Source: Lophium mytilinum
Taxonomy: Eukaryota
NCBI GenBank assembly: GCA_010093605.1
Contig: MU004182.1
Location: 1,211,032 to 1,275,031, forward strand
Reading direction: 5' to 3'
Length of the DNA stretch: 64,000 nucleotides
Shown here: piece after piece, positions 1 through 13,296 of the stretch
Position numbering within the stretch: the first letter of the stretch is position 1
Layout of the letters: each line of letters opens with the position of its first letter
Position numbers and translations under genes: made by a program
Notes under the pieces: model-generated
The model's database searches: none
What the model was told of the DNA's origin: nothing
The model's input: the letters and a program-made list of their open reading frames with translations, nothing else

Positions 1-2412
1 TGGTGGGGTGCGCTTGAGATCGGCGCAAAGGAAATATTGTACGCCCTCCGAGTACTTCAGGCCCTGTGTGTCGACGGATAGTTTTGAAAGGACCTGGAGG
101 ACGCCATACAGGAGAACCCATCGACCGAGACGAGATTCACGAGGGGATACGCCTTTAAGATCTGCTGCGAGCTCGAACTGCTCAAAATAATCAATAAGAG
201 CGTTGCCTATATTCGATATTAGTTATAGTCTAGAAAGGAAGGCGAAGGAAGGCGAAGGAAGACTAACCTGCAAAGGAGACCCCAAGCCTCTGGATGTTGG
301 TTGCATCGCTGAAGACAATAGAGAGTTGAAGATGGGTCTTCGCGTCTTTCGTGGGGTCGGTTTTTGATTTCTTCAGCGAACTGAAGAAGCTTTTCTTAGC
401 TTGAGCTTTCGGCGCGTTAACGAATCGTGGGAGAAGCGGATAAGGATGTGGTATATGCAAGTATCCGTGTTTGTTGTCGAAGCCAACCAGCATATCAGTC
501 AGAGGCAAGTCGGCAGAGTCAGCCTGGAATTCCTCCTCTGGGTCTCGATTGCTCATTTGCCATTTTTTCCCAGGCCGTTCTTCTTGTGAGTCCCAGACGA
601 CTTCGCGGTTTACAAGGTAGTCGTATAAAGCACCAAAGTCTTCTTGGAGGCTTTGAATGGCTTTTCGGTTTAGCCATCCTTTGTTGGGACTTGGTGGCCA
701 CACTCCATACGCCTCGACGTAGAAATTGAGAAGGAATTGCCGGAACGCTGTGAAGCTTTTGAAAATCGGGTTATTCGCAGAATTTTTTGGATCCTCCCAC
801 ATGTCAGAGAAGTCAAACGTAGATAACCTCTCCTCAGCTTCCAGGGTCCTTAGTTTCAATGTTTTGGCAGACATGCCTAGATTCCGCCTGGTGACGGGCG
901 ATAGTCGCCTAAACTCCGCCATAGCTTCAACCTCGGGGCTCATCATGCCAACAAGGTGAACAAATGATTCAATGTACCCGGCGTCCCATCTGATTGTGTC
1001 TTGCTCCGCCCATGCCAATAGACTGAGTGCACGCCGTCGACTATTTCTCAAGTCGTCGAGTTTCCGGCTAGACAGGTATTGGGTAATCATCTGAACACTC
1101 CGCATTCGAGCGCTCATCTGGGAATGCTCATTGTGATCTAGGTCATACATGACCTCAATCTCCGGCTGTAGGGTCGAAAGCATCTCGAATAGATCTCTGC
1201 CCACGATCGGCTGGTTCTGCAAAATGGCCAAAAAGTTGCGCACTGCTATGTGATGCAACCTGTATTCATGAACAGACCGCATATGGGCTGGTGCTGCAAA
1301 CCATATCTCATGCGTCGGCCGAATTGATTCGCGTTCATAGAACGATCCAGTTTCGTGGGAGCTCCCGGCTGTAGATGCTGGAGGAGTTGGGCCATTAAAA
1401 CCATTCTGTAGGTTACGGCGGCCTCCAGAATCCGCGGAATAGTATCCTCCATTCCTCGACGAAGATCGAGTAGGCGGCGCCTGCATGTAGTGATCTTGAA
1501 AGCCCTGGGAAGACAGGTGTCCTGGATCCATCCCATCCGGAAGATACCTTGAGTTTGTGTTCATACTCGAGTAGCGAGCGCCATAAGTCGATGATTCAGG
1601 ACTCATTGGAGGTGTCATTTCATCCTCAAACGAGTCGATCGCACCGAAAACTAGTTGATTCATAAGCCAAGAAGATCCTGAGGCCTCGAGCGCCTCGTAA
1701 CGAACGCGAAGCTGGGGCAGCGGATTATCGCTATTGGCCTGCTCCTCTTTGAAATATATCAACACGCTTCCATTTTGCATTTCTTCGTCCTAGGAATCAT
1801 AAGCTTGCTGACGTATACAGTACACGCTTCAATGTAACTTACATATTGGAAGCCACGATAGGGGCGGGCGCCATGATCGTTCCCATGCCAGATGGTGAAG
1901 TTTGCCCAGCTTCTGTCCGTCGCACCAGCAAGGGACGTGGATGAATCCGCCCTAGAGGATGAGTTGGCCCGCCTTGAGAGGGGCGGCGCAGAGCCACCTT
2001 TCTTGATTGGAACGCCGCCTCCTCGTCCTCTTGGAGCCTTGGTCTCTTTCCCTTTAGCCGCATACTTGGCCTTTTCTTTTGCTGAGGAGGTAGTAGAGAT
2101 GGAATTTGCAGACGAGGTCGTGGGGCGGTGGAAAGGCCTGAAGTCGCCGGACGTGGACGAAGTGATGGTGCCGGATCGGGTAGGCCTTATAGGTAGGTTC
2201 GTCGAAGGCAAAGAAGATGAAGACGTGATCTGGGACACTGCGCGCGAGGCATGACTGGTCTGTGGCTGCGGAGAGTCGTGGCCGCCCCAGTTGCTGAAGG
2301 CAGTTCCGGGACGGGGAAATGAGTCGGCATACTGTTTTGCGGCGGTTTTCTTCTCTTTCTTTTCAATGTCCTTGGTAACAGCCTTTCGACTCCGAGCGCC
2401 CCGTGCGGACAT
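1..2412 (-). CDS. Conserved fungal hypothetical protein (DUF8004-like); 3' end runs off the window
   Basis: ATG at 2412 (MSARGARSRK). GT-AG introns at 1842-1790 and 267-207 join the 1759..2517 and 263..1780 ORFs and a last exon reading GNALIDYFEQFE...RLGRWVLLYGVLQVL. The family name is from recalled motifs only. Confidence 0.7.
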
Positions 2413-4238
2413 AGTCACTAGGCGAATCAAAGGTGACTCCGCACTGAAGTCTGGAGAGTTGGTGATGGATAGAAAAGCTGGACGAAAGGATGGACAGCGG
2501 GATCTCAGCTGACGCACGGAAGTTGGCGCGGCTGTGACACGTTCCTTGAGTCTATATGCACTTCATCGGTGGTGAGGCCCCGGGCTGATCTGATTGGAAG
2601 TTGGGGGGGGCACACAGCGGACGGCTGAATGCACACAAATAAAGTTGGTTGGCACTGTCCGCTCCAGCCAGGCTGATAGACAGTGAAGATGCTCAGCCTT
2701 CAGCAACACATTTTTTATTTTGGGAATAGCGGAGAGGGGGGCAGAGAGGGCAGGGCATTAGTGAGGTGGTAAGCTGTTAAATGAGATATTCTGGAGTATC
2801 CTTGCAAGCATTAGAGCTTCTTAGAACAGCGCGTGGGCCCGAAGACGCGGTAACGGTTGACCATGGAGCACCCACTGTTCTTCTGATAAGGCCCCTCTGC
2901 CGGTGCCGTAACACCGCTTCGGGTGTCCAGCGCCGCCTGCTTACCCGCGAAAAGGGCATTAGAATCATGACCATCCCGGCTGGTACCTAGCCCGCAGGTT
3001 CCGCTGGGCACCACAGGGGCGTAGTGAGTTGTGCTCAAAGTTGAAGTGTTTCGGGGACAGAGAAGACACGCAAGACTTGCGCAACGTTTGGCCTAGAGTC
3101 AACGCCCCCAAGCACTCGCCGCGGCCGGGGGGGTTCGCGAACGCCTAGACGGCTGCGATAGCATGGGCCCTGGCCGCCGGTGGGACTCGGCTTGGGCCGC
3201 CGAGGTAAGGCGTAAGCAGCCTTATTAACCCTCCGCTTTGCTCCCTTGACCTGCCTGGAATGCAATGCGCTCTCTGTGCAGGCCCGGACGGGTACGGGGT
3301 ATCTCTCCGCCAAACCTCGATGCTGGGGAGCTGCAGCACTGCAGGACGATGCACTAGCAGACTGTCTTACCTGGCATGGCACGTCGAAACAAGCAGGCGG
3401 CCGCCAGAAGGAGCAAAGCAGCCAGCGCTATTAACCGATCCACACAGGGATATTGAGCAGTGCACGCTACTGGCGCGGGATGTCGGCGGGACGAATGGCG
3501 TGAATGCAAGCGGCAGGTCGCTCGGGCCAGTGAGAAAGGAGTGCCTGTCCAACGGTCGGCGCCTTCAAAGGAGCCCCGGCTCTCAGATAGGCGACGGGGG
3601 AAAATACATAATGAAAGTAGTAACACTCGGCCAAAGAAAACGATGATCCGTCAAACCTTTGGATGCAGTAGTATGATCGATGATGAGGATCATGAGCACG
3701 ACTCAGGGGGAAAGACAGTTGAGAGACCTCCACCCCCTAATGCGGCGGGACGCGTCCCAGTACCCAGCTCTGCATGGGCAAGGCAGCACGGCATGGACAA
3801 GTTGGCGATGGCGACTCTCTGTGGGGTGTTGGATTGCTTTTTGTCTCAGGTCCAGTGTGGCGTCGTGGTTGTCGTTGGGGGAGGCTGGAGATGTGTCACG
3901 TGCCCGCGAAAGTGGCTGGGCTCCCAGCCTTTCCTGCCCCGCAAACTTATTCGGTGGAAGCAACTTAACCCGGTTTCCATCCCACCAACCTTACAAACGT
4001 CACCATAGACTCCATCTCTCCTCGAGCTCCCAGCCTCCTTCAAAGCCTCCTGCCTGCGCAATTTCCTGCACTATAAGGCGCCGCCTGCCACTACTCGCCC
4101 GCTCATCGCGCAGCTCTCTCTCATTCTCGCCGATCGATCCCGCTATCACCATCATCCCGTGGTTGACGTCGATCAGACCCACCATCGCATCTCCATCCAG
4201 GCCCTGAGACCCTCAGCGCACCACTCGCTACCGCCAAC

Positions 4239-4915
4239 ATGTCCATCGCAGGCTTCTCTTTCTGGTTCTGGCGCATCATGGAGATCATCACCCTGATCCC
4301 GACGCTGGGCATGCTATCTTACTTCGTGCACGCCTACACCGAGTCGAATTCACTCACACCCACCTCCATCCTGGTGCTGTTCATAGTGTCAGTGCTGGGG
4401 GCAGTATGGGCCGTCGGGACACTGTTCCTGTACGCCCGCGCGAGGCACTCGGCCAGCTTCGTCGCATTCGTCGACCTGCTCTTCATCGGCGCCTTCATTG
4501 CCGGCGTGTATGAGCTGCGCGGCATCGCCAAAGCTGACTGCACCAATTTCACGGCTGGCGGCTTCTACTTCGATCTGGGCCCGTTGGGATACATTGGACG
4601 CAACTCGGGGAACAAGTGGGCAATCAATACGGACAAGAATTGCGCCATGTTGAAGGCATCGTGGGCCTTTGGAATCATGAATTGCATCTTCTTTGCATTG
4701 ACTTTCGTAAGTTTTACCTTTAATGCATTGTCTGTAGACCATTTACTAACAAGTCATAGTTCTTCGCCCTCCTCGTCCACCGCCATCACCGCGATGATCG
4801 CGTCGTTGTCAAGCGCGAAACCAGCCGCACTTCTCGTCACGGCACCCGAGGCCCCTCTTCCCGCAGCCCACGCCGTTCGCACCACAGCAGCAGGAGGAGC
4901 CACTACGTCGTCTAA
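4239..4915 (+). CDS. MARVEL/membrane-associating-domain four-TM protein
   Basis: Four hydrophobic segments and a C..LKASWAFGIMN motif. Intron 4707-4759 (GTAAGT...CTAAC...TAG) restores FFALLVHRHH... with a basic tail ending TAA at 4915. Confidence 0.75.
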
Positions 4916-5516
4916 GCTTCAGATGACGTTGTCACTTTCACGAGGATCTAGGGATCTGGCGCAGGAACTGGAGGGCAGGGATCTGGGATTAGGGACGGGA
5001 AATACTGGACTGCAAATACTTGCACATAAACCTGTTCATACTGCGGCATCAACACCATTGTTGGACGACCGACGGCTATGTATACATTTCACGAGATCAC
5101 GAATGGCTCTTTCTTTACTCTTTTAAAGCGATCTATCCTATACCCACTACTACAAATTCGAGAACTATTCAAATCATACATAATTGGCACGTTCAACAGA
5201 GTGACTAACCCATCTCAAATCTGATTAATACCTGACAAGTATCTGGAGCGTGGTCGCTCGGTGAGGACTTAGCTTAACACTGTGTAAACTGAATTCAATG
5301 TCGACTCGATGGTAGCCTTCTAAGTTCGCAATACTTTAGGTTGAAATATGGAGACAAGGTAAATTAAAAGAAACTGCAGTCCATGCCAGTTCAACTTCAT
5401 TTCAGCATGACATGCCAAATTGGACTATTAGAAAAGATCAATTTGATTCCGACTCCCTTTTGGCATATCTAGTCTCTTACACTCAGCATCAGGCTGTAGA
5501 ATCGAGGTACATTACA

Positions 5517-5800
5517 GTGCGGTGAGATGTAAAAACGGGAGCCAGTCCGTGCGATTTCAAGTCAGTTATAGCATATTATTGACAAAAGCGCAGAATTAGA
5601 CCATTGACTCTGTCCTAATCTGGCAATATACAGATGCTTGCTCGATTTGCGGCTTCTTTTGCCGTGTCGTATCCGGTGCGCTCTAAATCAGACTCTGGAG
5701 TTAGGGTAGATTTTGGTGCGGTGAGATGTATAAAGTGGAGCCAGTCCGTGCGATTCGTAGTTGTTTATGGCATGTTATTGGAACGGCGTGAGAATCGGAT
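5517..5800. repeat. Degenerate direct repeat, two ~85-bp copies 199 bp apart
   Basis: GTGCGGTGAGATGTA..A.GGAGCCAGTCCGTGCGATT at 5517 and 5716, with weaker similarity continuing downstream. Confidence 0.75.
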
Positions 5801-5931
5801 CCGTAGAAGCAGATTAACCTTAAGTTTGAGAAGTATGCCCGAGGGCTAGTCCGTGCAGCTCGCACATGTTTCAAGCACGTATTTGACATAGCCTGTATAT
5901 CAGACCTACACAACCGTTCGCAATCATCCTT

Positions 5932-7052
5932 CTACAACGGCCTCGCATCCTCCCCCGCCCACGCCCTCCTTATCAACTCCCTGACCGGCTCCCTCTCCAC
6001 CGGCCTCGGGTTATAATATGGATTTGACACCGCAATCTCCGCCGCCTTTTCCACATCCTCCTCCGTCATCCCATAATCCTTCAACGCCCGCTTCACCCCC
6101 AGACTCTTCAACAACACGTTCAGCCCCTGCACCGCGTCCCCCTCGCTCCCCGGCAGCACCGCCGCTAGCTTCGCCATCACCTCTGGTATCGCAGGCGCGT
6201 TATACGCCAGCGCGTGCGGCAGCACGATCGTGTGCGTCTCTGCGTGGGGGAGGTTGAAGGAGCCGCCGAGCGTGTGGCAGAGCTTGTGGTGGAGCGCCAT
6301 GCCGACGGTGCCTAGGCAGGTCGCGCACAGCCAGGCGCCGTAGAGGGCGGAAGAGCGGGCGGAAGTTGACGAGGGGTCTTTTACGAGGATCGGGAGGGAG
6401 GAGGCAAGGGCGCGGATGCCCTCCAGGGCGAGGAGGCTCACGACCGGGTTGGTGTTGCGGGCGTAGAGAGCTTCGACTGGGCGGGGTTAGCTATGCCGTC
6501 CTGAGGTGGGATGAGGAGGTACAGACCTGCGTGTGCAATGGCATTGATACCGCTCGTAGAGCTCAGCCCTACGGGCAGTGTCATAGTGAGGTCGACGTCG
6601 TAGATGACAGTCCCCGGGAGGATCTTGGGATCTGAGCGGGTTGTCTTGCAGCCTTCGGCGGTCTCCCCCAGAATGGGGGTCATCTCGCTGCCCGCATACG
6701 TCGTCGGGATGCAGATGTGTGGCAGGCCGGTTCTTATACTGATAGCTTTCCCTAGCCCGATTGTACTGCCGCCGCCAATTGACACGATACTGTCCGCCTT
6801 CTGCGTTTTGGTGTACTCGAGCGCTTTCTCCGTGATGTTTGTCGGCGTGTGCATTGTGGCCTCGCTGAAGAGGCCTGCAATCTTGCCATTGAGGATCTTT
6901 GTTAGGGCATCTGCTTGATCGGTTTGGTGGGGCCCGCTGAGTAGTAATGGCGCGGACACGCTCAGGCGGGCCAGTTCTGCTGGGAGCTTCTGGATGCTGC
7001 CGCTGCCGAAGACGACGCGGGCTGGGTTGGCGTTGTATTCGAAGGCGTCCAT
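5932..7052 (-). CDS. Maleylacetate reductase (iron-containing alcohol dehydrogenase family)
   Basis: Motifs GGGSTIGLGKA, IPTTYAGSEMTP and LHHKLCHTLGG. Intron 6526-6477 joins ...AIAHA|VEALYA. Confidence 0.9.
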
Positions 7053-8778
7053 GGTGGGGTTATAGAGGAGAGGAGGGGTGGGGTTAAGGGTCTATGAGCT
7101 TGCAAGGTCTTTAGAGAAGCCATGGTGGCTGGCCTTGGGTTTGCAGACGGTTGGACTTGGAAGGGTGGGCTCGGAGGACGTGACGTCTCGGCAAAGCGTT
7201 TTGCCAGACCTCTGGCAGAAGCTTTCTCCACAATCGAGTTCAACTTTCCGAACGTTCGTTTTCAAACAGATTCGCTTTGCAAGTAGATGCATGGCACAAG
7301 TTTATATTTAATCCCGTCAATTTTCAAGCGACTAGCCAGTCGAAGCGGCCAGCCGAATATTGAGAAGGCTAACTTTACCTTTGTACGTACTTTACGTATT
7401 CTAACCAGGCTAGGATTGATTGTGTTAAGCTTTACCCCTTGTACATACCAGCTAATAGGATCTTGCAGGTCTCGCATTGAATGTCAGCTCTAGAATAACG
7501 TGCAGAGCAAGCATCGTCAACCCACTAGCACTGTCTCTGTCCACCAACATCTAACCTACATATCTCTCTATACTGATGCCCCCTATTAATCTTCACCTTA
7601 TTTCCTTTCTATCATCTTATTAATAAAAAACAGAAGCCGTTGACGATCAAATCAAGAAGCAACCTTCATTCTGAGCGGTAGATATGATATTGTGAAAGGA
7701 AGATATCGTGTGGCTGATCTCTACACACTCCAATAATCTCAGTTACTTTGCAAAGGTTTAATTCCTCTAATTGCGCCTGAACAACTATTTAGTAGGCCCC
7801 GGCGTGGAATGATGATCATGGAATTCTTGGCCAGGCCCACTTTAGCCCGCCTCGGCCCCGTCCATCAACCTTTTCCAAACCTCATCCCATTCCACGACAG
7901 TTCAGTCAATACGTATTGGGCAGCTGCTTGCCTTTAACAGTATACCACTCACTCTGTTCAGCTATCGCTTTCACTGCGATTCGGGCTGCCTGGCGCTGTA
8001 TCCAGCATTGTCTTCCCCGTCGCCTACCTCCTCGAGAGAGCAGGCTGAGGCGTTCAATAGTATCAGCAGACCTTGTATACCTAGCCTAATGATAGGGTAG
8101 CGAGAGAGCTCGATGTGTCCGCCCAAAGCCTTACATCCCGCGTCTCTGGTTTCACGGCCGGATGCAGCCCGGACGCTTCCTGCAGGATAGTTCACTCTGG
8201 CAAGATAGGACAGCTGAGTGCCTCTCTGTTTTCTCAATAGGTGTGCCGCCTCCACCTACACGTCTTCTATACGGTTTGTTCGCGCACACCGGAAAGAGAT
8301 CTTATCATCCTCGATCTAACTACCCAACCCCGTTTCTTCTCAACATCGAGGGACACTTCACTTTGCCTGATTCAGCCAAACTTTTCGGATTTTCTTCAAG
8401 AACTGCCCTGTATCTAGTTCAGCCGCACGATAAAACTTGCCCCACCTCACTCACATCGCTTGGCAAATCTTCCTGCAGAGTGACAACCAATAAAAGATTG
8501 ATGTCCCGCTTCACACGTCGCCATGCGCTGCACACGGTCTGGAAGAGAGCGATTAGGCATTCGTTTGCCTGGTTAACGCCCGTCCTTGTGCAAGCCAGTC
8601 GCCCTCTCCGCGCCTTACATTATCCCTACGTCCCAACTCCCTGTGTATTTACAGCTAGTATCAGTGAGTAATCGGTCACAAGTATCCTTCCCATTTCTCC
8701 GAGTCAAGCATCTGACAACAAAACCTTCGCACTTCTATCAAGAACATCCCTATTTAAAGCGAAGTGCCTCTTTCAAGA

Positions 8779-10848
8779 ATGGCTCTCGCATTGCGGCAGT
8801 TTCAACAAGCCGGGCAGCAATTTTCTTACCACCATCTGTGTCATGGTCGTCGCGAAATTCGGCTGTTAGATCTCCTTCCGGGTCTTCCACTGCAACCTAT
8901 AGAGTGCGAGCTAAGAGTGGTTGCCCTGGATGACAAGCCGGAGTATGAAGCTCTCTCCTACGTGTGGGGAGACCCGACAAGGCTCACTACAGTCTCCCTT
9001 CTCGGCGTGCCGTTTCGAATAACAAAGTCTCTCGAATCAGCACTTCGTCGTTTGCGCAACCCTACGAAAACTCGCACACTTTGGGTAGACGCAATTTGCA
9101 TCAATCAATCCAATGATACGGAACGTACGGAGCAAATGGGGCGCATGAGAGAGATCTTCTCTCAGACAACGGAGTGCGCAATCTGGTTCGGCGAAATTAG
9201 TGACATACAAGAGCGCTACGAGGCTGGGGACAAAGCTGGTGGGAAGACGGAAAGGAACGACTCTTTCACTGAAGAAGAACGACATGGCCAGATGACTGCC
9301 GCTGCCGATCTACCTGACACTCGGTTCTTTAATGACGACAGAGACGATGTCATCTTGTCGAAGTACTTTGGACGTCATATTTCATTCACGCCAATCGACA
9401 AACGGAAACAAACAGTATATACACAAATGTATCTACCTTTTCTTGGCGTTTTCTGTCTGATGCGGTTCTTTGCGGCCAACGAGCATCTCCTCGACTTCCC
9501 CCTTTTTCAAGATACTGGATGCGGAACTCCCGAATGTTCGCAGCTATGGGATGAGATATGCTTCGGACTTTCACGCCTCATGTCCCTTCCATGGTGGCGT
9601 CGAATCTGGGTCATCCAAGAGGCAATCCTTCCATCAAGAGCTAGATTACACCTGGGTCCCATCTCCGCTCCATTTGAGATGCTCCATGTCGCGTGCTTGA
9701 ACTTTTCCAAGCACCAAGATGCATGTTGTGCGACTTCATTTTGTCACTTAGGGTATACCGAGTTACAAAACCTTCGCCACATAGCAATCCGAATGCGAAA
9801 GCTCTCCATTGCTAAAGAGGGATGGATCCATGAGGAGAAATGCTTCGATAGCGGCCTCTGGCGATATTTACTACTGCTAGCGACTACCGAAGCTACTGAT
9901 CCTAGGGACAAAATTTACGCCCTCCTTCCACTCATGCAGGACAGCTGGAAAGACTTGAAGCTCACCGTCTCTGACTACTCTCTTGACACTTGGCAAGTAT
10001 ACGCCCGTGCGACTCTACGAATGGTGCAGGTCGATAGATCCTTGACCGTTATTGGCGTGTCGAGAAAGAGAGACGAGACACTAAATTTACCATCATGGGT
10101 TCCAAACTGGGCGTCCTACCACCACAAAATGGCGCGTGACGATCATCCGAAAAAGCTCTACAACGCATCGGGTATCTTCCATGAAGACCCCGTATTGCAC
10201 AACGACCGACTCCTGCTTGTGCGATCTCGCGAATTCGATATCATTGCATTTGCAGGGAAAGGGTTTGGTCATGCATCTGATCGCACAGAAGTGGAGACCC
10301 TACTAGAGTGGCAGAGTCAAGCTCGGCTCTCTCGACTGGAAGACCATACCGAGTCTTATGTTGGGGGTGGCAGCCGGTCAGAAGCATTTGTCCGTACCCT
10401 GATGGAAAATTACGAGTATGTTCCGGGGAATGATTCACGGGACAGACACCAGAAAGCCACGTCCGCAACCGTGGAGCAATACAGGCAACTGCTTTTATGG
10501 GCTCATGCCAATCCTTCCAGACTCCATCAACGCGACATTCCTCCCCACTTACAGCACATATTTCATCACAATTTCTACCTGAGTGGGTTCCAATTTTTCG
10601 TTACACAGAAAGGCTACTTCGGTTCCGTGCGAGATGGAGCGCGTATTGGCGATCGGGTGGAGCTATTGATCGGGTCCTGTAAACTCTTCGTACTTCGTTC
10701 CGTAAGCTCCAGCGCTTTCGAAGAAAGTGTTGGTCCGTTTGATTGCTTCGAGGTAGTTAGCAGCTGCTATATTCATGGGCTCATGGATGGAGAACTAATG
10801 CGAGGGTATGACAGCAATACGGACCAGCGCACAATAGGCTTGCTTTGA
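8779..10848 (+). CDS. HET-domain (HET-6-like) heterokaryon incompatibility protein
   Basis: HET blocks YEALSYVWG, LWVDAICINQ and WWRRIWVIQE, plus ATDPRDKIYAL, LPSWVPNW and a C-terminal CYIHGLMDGE. Single exon; first ATG at 8779. Confidence 0.9.
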   Translation: MALALRQFQQAGQQFSYHHLCHGRREIRLLDLLPGLPLQPIECELRVVALDDKPEYEALSYVWGDPTRLTTVSLLGVPFRITKSLESALRRLRNPTKTRTLWVDAICINQSNDTERTEQMGRMREIFSQTTECAIWFGEISDIQERYEAGDKAGGKTERNDSFTEEERHGQMTAAADLPDTRFFNDDRDDVILSKYFGRHISFTPIDKRKQTVYTQMYLPFLGVFCLMRFFAANEHLLDFPLFQDTGCGTPECSQLWDEICFGLSRLMSLPWWRRIWVIQEAILPSRARLHLGPISAPFEMLHVACLNFSKHQDACCATSFCHLGYTELQNLRHIAIRMRKLSIAKEGWIHEEKCFDSGLWRYLLLLATTEATDPRDKIYALLPLMQDSWKDLKLTVSDYSLDTWQVYARATLRMVQVDRSLTVIGVSRKRDETLNLPSWVPNWASYHHKMARDDHPKKLYNASGIFHEDPVLHNDRLLLVRSREFDIIAFAGKGFGHASDRTEVETLLEWQSQARLSRLEDHTESYVGGGSRSEAFVRTLMENYEYVPGNDSRDRHQKATSATVEQYRQLLLWAHANPSRLHQRDIPPHLQHIFHHNFYLSGFQFFVTQKGYFGSVRDGARIGDRVELLIGSCKLFVLRSVSSSAFEESVGPFDCFEVVSSCYIHGLMDGELMRGYDSNTDQRTIGLL

Positions 10849-11157
10849 AGAGAAGAAACTAGAAGGGCGGGTTCACCTTCTCGAATAAATGCCACGGCCT
10901 TGCTCTCATGTTTTCGGGAGATTAGCGTGCATATGCAGCCTAAACCTAACAAGGCCATGGAATATTTGTTGCATAACAGGGCGTTACCCCGCTCTTCAGG
11001 AGCAAGGCCTTCACCCTTCGAACTTTCTAACCTTTTATCAATCCCACGTCTACCTTAGCCGAGACCCCGGAGTGCCTGGCCAACCTACGTGTTACAGAAC
11101 GGACAAGCGCTCACCAACGGCTTTCATGAGGTGTTAGTTCTCTACTAGTATTCCGCT

Positions 11158-12606
11158 ATGGACTCAACCTCCACAGCTGGCACATGGCTGCCCTTCACTA
11201 TAGTCACAGTATTCGGTATAGGCTCATTGATTTATTCTATGCGCCCTGCCACGAATGTGGCAGACCCTTTCCAGTGCAATAGCAATGCGAAACGCCTTGG
11301 AAGTTGGGCGCAATGGCAGAAGCCTCAAACCTCATGGCGGCGGGTTGCAAATTCACCTCTCCAAGGACCCACTATTGATGCCACACTTTCTGGCTTCTGT
11401 GGCGTTAATACTCTTCACCTCTCACGCCTTCCTCTGACGGATCACGGAGCAGCTGGGTGGACTGTCTTGCTATCAGTTTGTCATTCTCAGCCACCAGACT
11501 TAAGAGATCCCAACACCTCCGATCCGACTAGCAAAACATGTAGCAATGAGTGCGAAAAAAGTTGGCAGAAGATGCTCATTCCCAGTGCGCTCACTCCCCA
11601 TCGCGGCTTCGCATGCATCACAATTTCACGCGCGACGCTCATCACTCTCTTTTGCCTCACCAACGCACGTCCAGCCTTCCAATACAGCGGGCCTGCTGGA
11701 TTTCGGGCTGCGTACGCCTCATACTGTGGGCAATGGTATGTGACATGGCCTATTGGCGAGGCAGCATTTGTACACCTTGTACCGCATGACTCGCACAGCA
11801 CTGCGACAGATGTATACCCTTCTACTTTTGTTCAGCGCGTTGATCGCTGCGTAGAAATGGTAGTAGGGGTCATTACCGGACGAGAAATCCAGCTCGCGTT
11901 TTGTGGACGAAAGCCGCCTGGCGTATGGTTTCTTGAGTATGTCCCCAAGGGGTTTCCGGCTGCTCACGGTAGCCGCCACCTGTACAACATGATGGGCGGG
12001 AAGGTTTACGAGGTCGATTTTATGGCAGCACGGAAAAGAGATATTAGTGACCCAGACGGTATGCTTGAGCTACAGTTGCCGAGTACTGAAGAAGGCCGCC
12101 ATGTAACCATGTATGTGCCTGAAACGGAGGAAGCATTTATCAAGCACGCGCTAGATTGCCTTCCTTGGGCTTCGCTATCATGGAGCATACACCGCGGGAT
12201 GAGAGATATCCTTGTTGCGTACGCGAAGCCGGTGATGGACACCCACAGGAAAGAATTCGCCGCTATGCTGAAGGCCACCGTTTCAGACAAACCACAACTG
12301 CTCAATGCCAAGGGATGGAGCTTGTCCTTTGTATGCGACTCTATGGGAGACATGGCTGCAGATGCCGTTTTAGCTGGGAGGGGCAACTCGGGCGATTTGG
12401 TACGAGTGGTGACGGATATAGTCAAGGTAATCGCTACTGATTTAGCTGTGGACCCTCTGGATGAAAACTATTTTTGGAGAAGCGTAGATCGCCAGTTTGA
12501 TATTCAGGGCTTACTTGCGTTAACGAAACTTTTTGTACTTGAGTGGAGTGTGGACTTTGATTACCAGATGTATCACCATCTCCCAACATCATTATACTTC
12601 GGGTAG
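11158..12606 (+). CDS. Hypothetical protein, 482 aa, with an N-terminal hydrophobic segment
   Basis: Long intact ATG-started ORF; no domain recognised. Confidence 0.7.
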   Translation: MDSTSTAGTWLPFTIVTVFGIGSLIYSMRPATNVADPFQCNSNAKRLGSWAQWQKPQTSWRRVANSPLQGPTIDATLSGFCGVNTLHLSRLPLTDHGAAGWTVLLSVCHSQPPDLRDPNTSDPTSKTCSNECEKSWQKMLIPSALTPHRGFACITISRATLITLFCLTNARPAFQYSGPAGFRAAYASYCGQWYVTWPIGEAAFVHLVPHDSHSTATDVYPSTFVQRVDRCVEMVVGVITGREIQLAFCGRKPPGVWFLEYVPKGFPAAHGSRHLYNMMGGKVYEVDFMAARKRDISDPDGMLELQLPSTEEGRHVTMYVPETEEAFIKHALDCLPWASLSWSIHRGMRDILVAYAKPVMDTHRKEFAAMLKATVSDKPQLLNAKGWSLSFVCDSMGDMAADAVLAGRGNSGDLVRVVTDIVKVIATDLAVDPLDENYFWRSVDRQFDIQGLLALTKLFVLEWSVDFDYQMYHHLPTSLYFG

Positions 12607-13296
12607 ATATGACCACTTCCAACAACTCGTAGAGTTACTTTGGTGTCGAAGCGCCTTTACACATCCCAAGTAAGCACTTGGATGATAATATCATAACATC
12701 GCAGCAGTCGCTGTTATGACAATCATATTTCTGGCCTTAGCTTCGTCGCCATGCGCCGCGAGACACCGCTAGATCAAGGCGCGATTACTGCAGAGCATCT
12801 CTGGAATGCATCTTTTCGTTAGTTCGATGCCACACAGGAGGCAGGCATCGTTCCACATTGCTATGGTTGTGATCGCCCTCGCTACGCACCTCATTTCTGG
12901 ATTCGGGACATGGTGGGTGCGTGGCTCAGTTCGGCGAGAGAAAATGAAGTGTGGCGGGCGGCATTAGATTGATAACGTGGGGAAAAAAATGAAGGATAAA
13001 CTAGTTGAGGACCTGAAAAGCCTACGTATCGAGGGGCAAAAGCACGCCGGAGACGAGGAGGAAGTAGTTCGACCAACTGGCGCTGCTACTGAAGGCGATT
13101 ACACATCAGTGGGAAGCAACGACTAGGTCCTGTAGGATCAAATGGTTTACTCGTTCGACTAATGTAAGAGGTAGGAGAAGTAGGATGAGGTATACTGGGG
13201 AACTTTCGCGCTACACACGCCCCTTCTATTCAGTCAAAACCCCAGCCCTCCTTTCCAGTCGTTTGAATAATATCCGGTGATGTCCACCCACCCCTT

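Noticed and set aside
2777..4207. Many short overlapping ORFs
   Set aside because: GC-rich divergent promoter/UTR region with no recognisable protein motifs.
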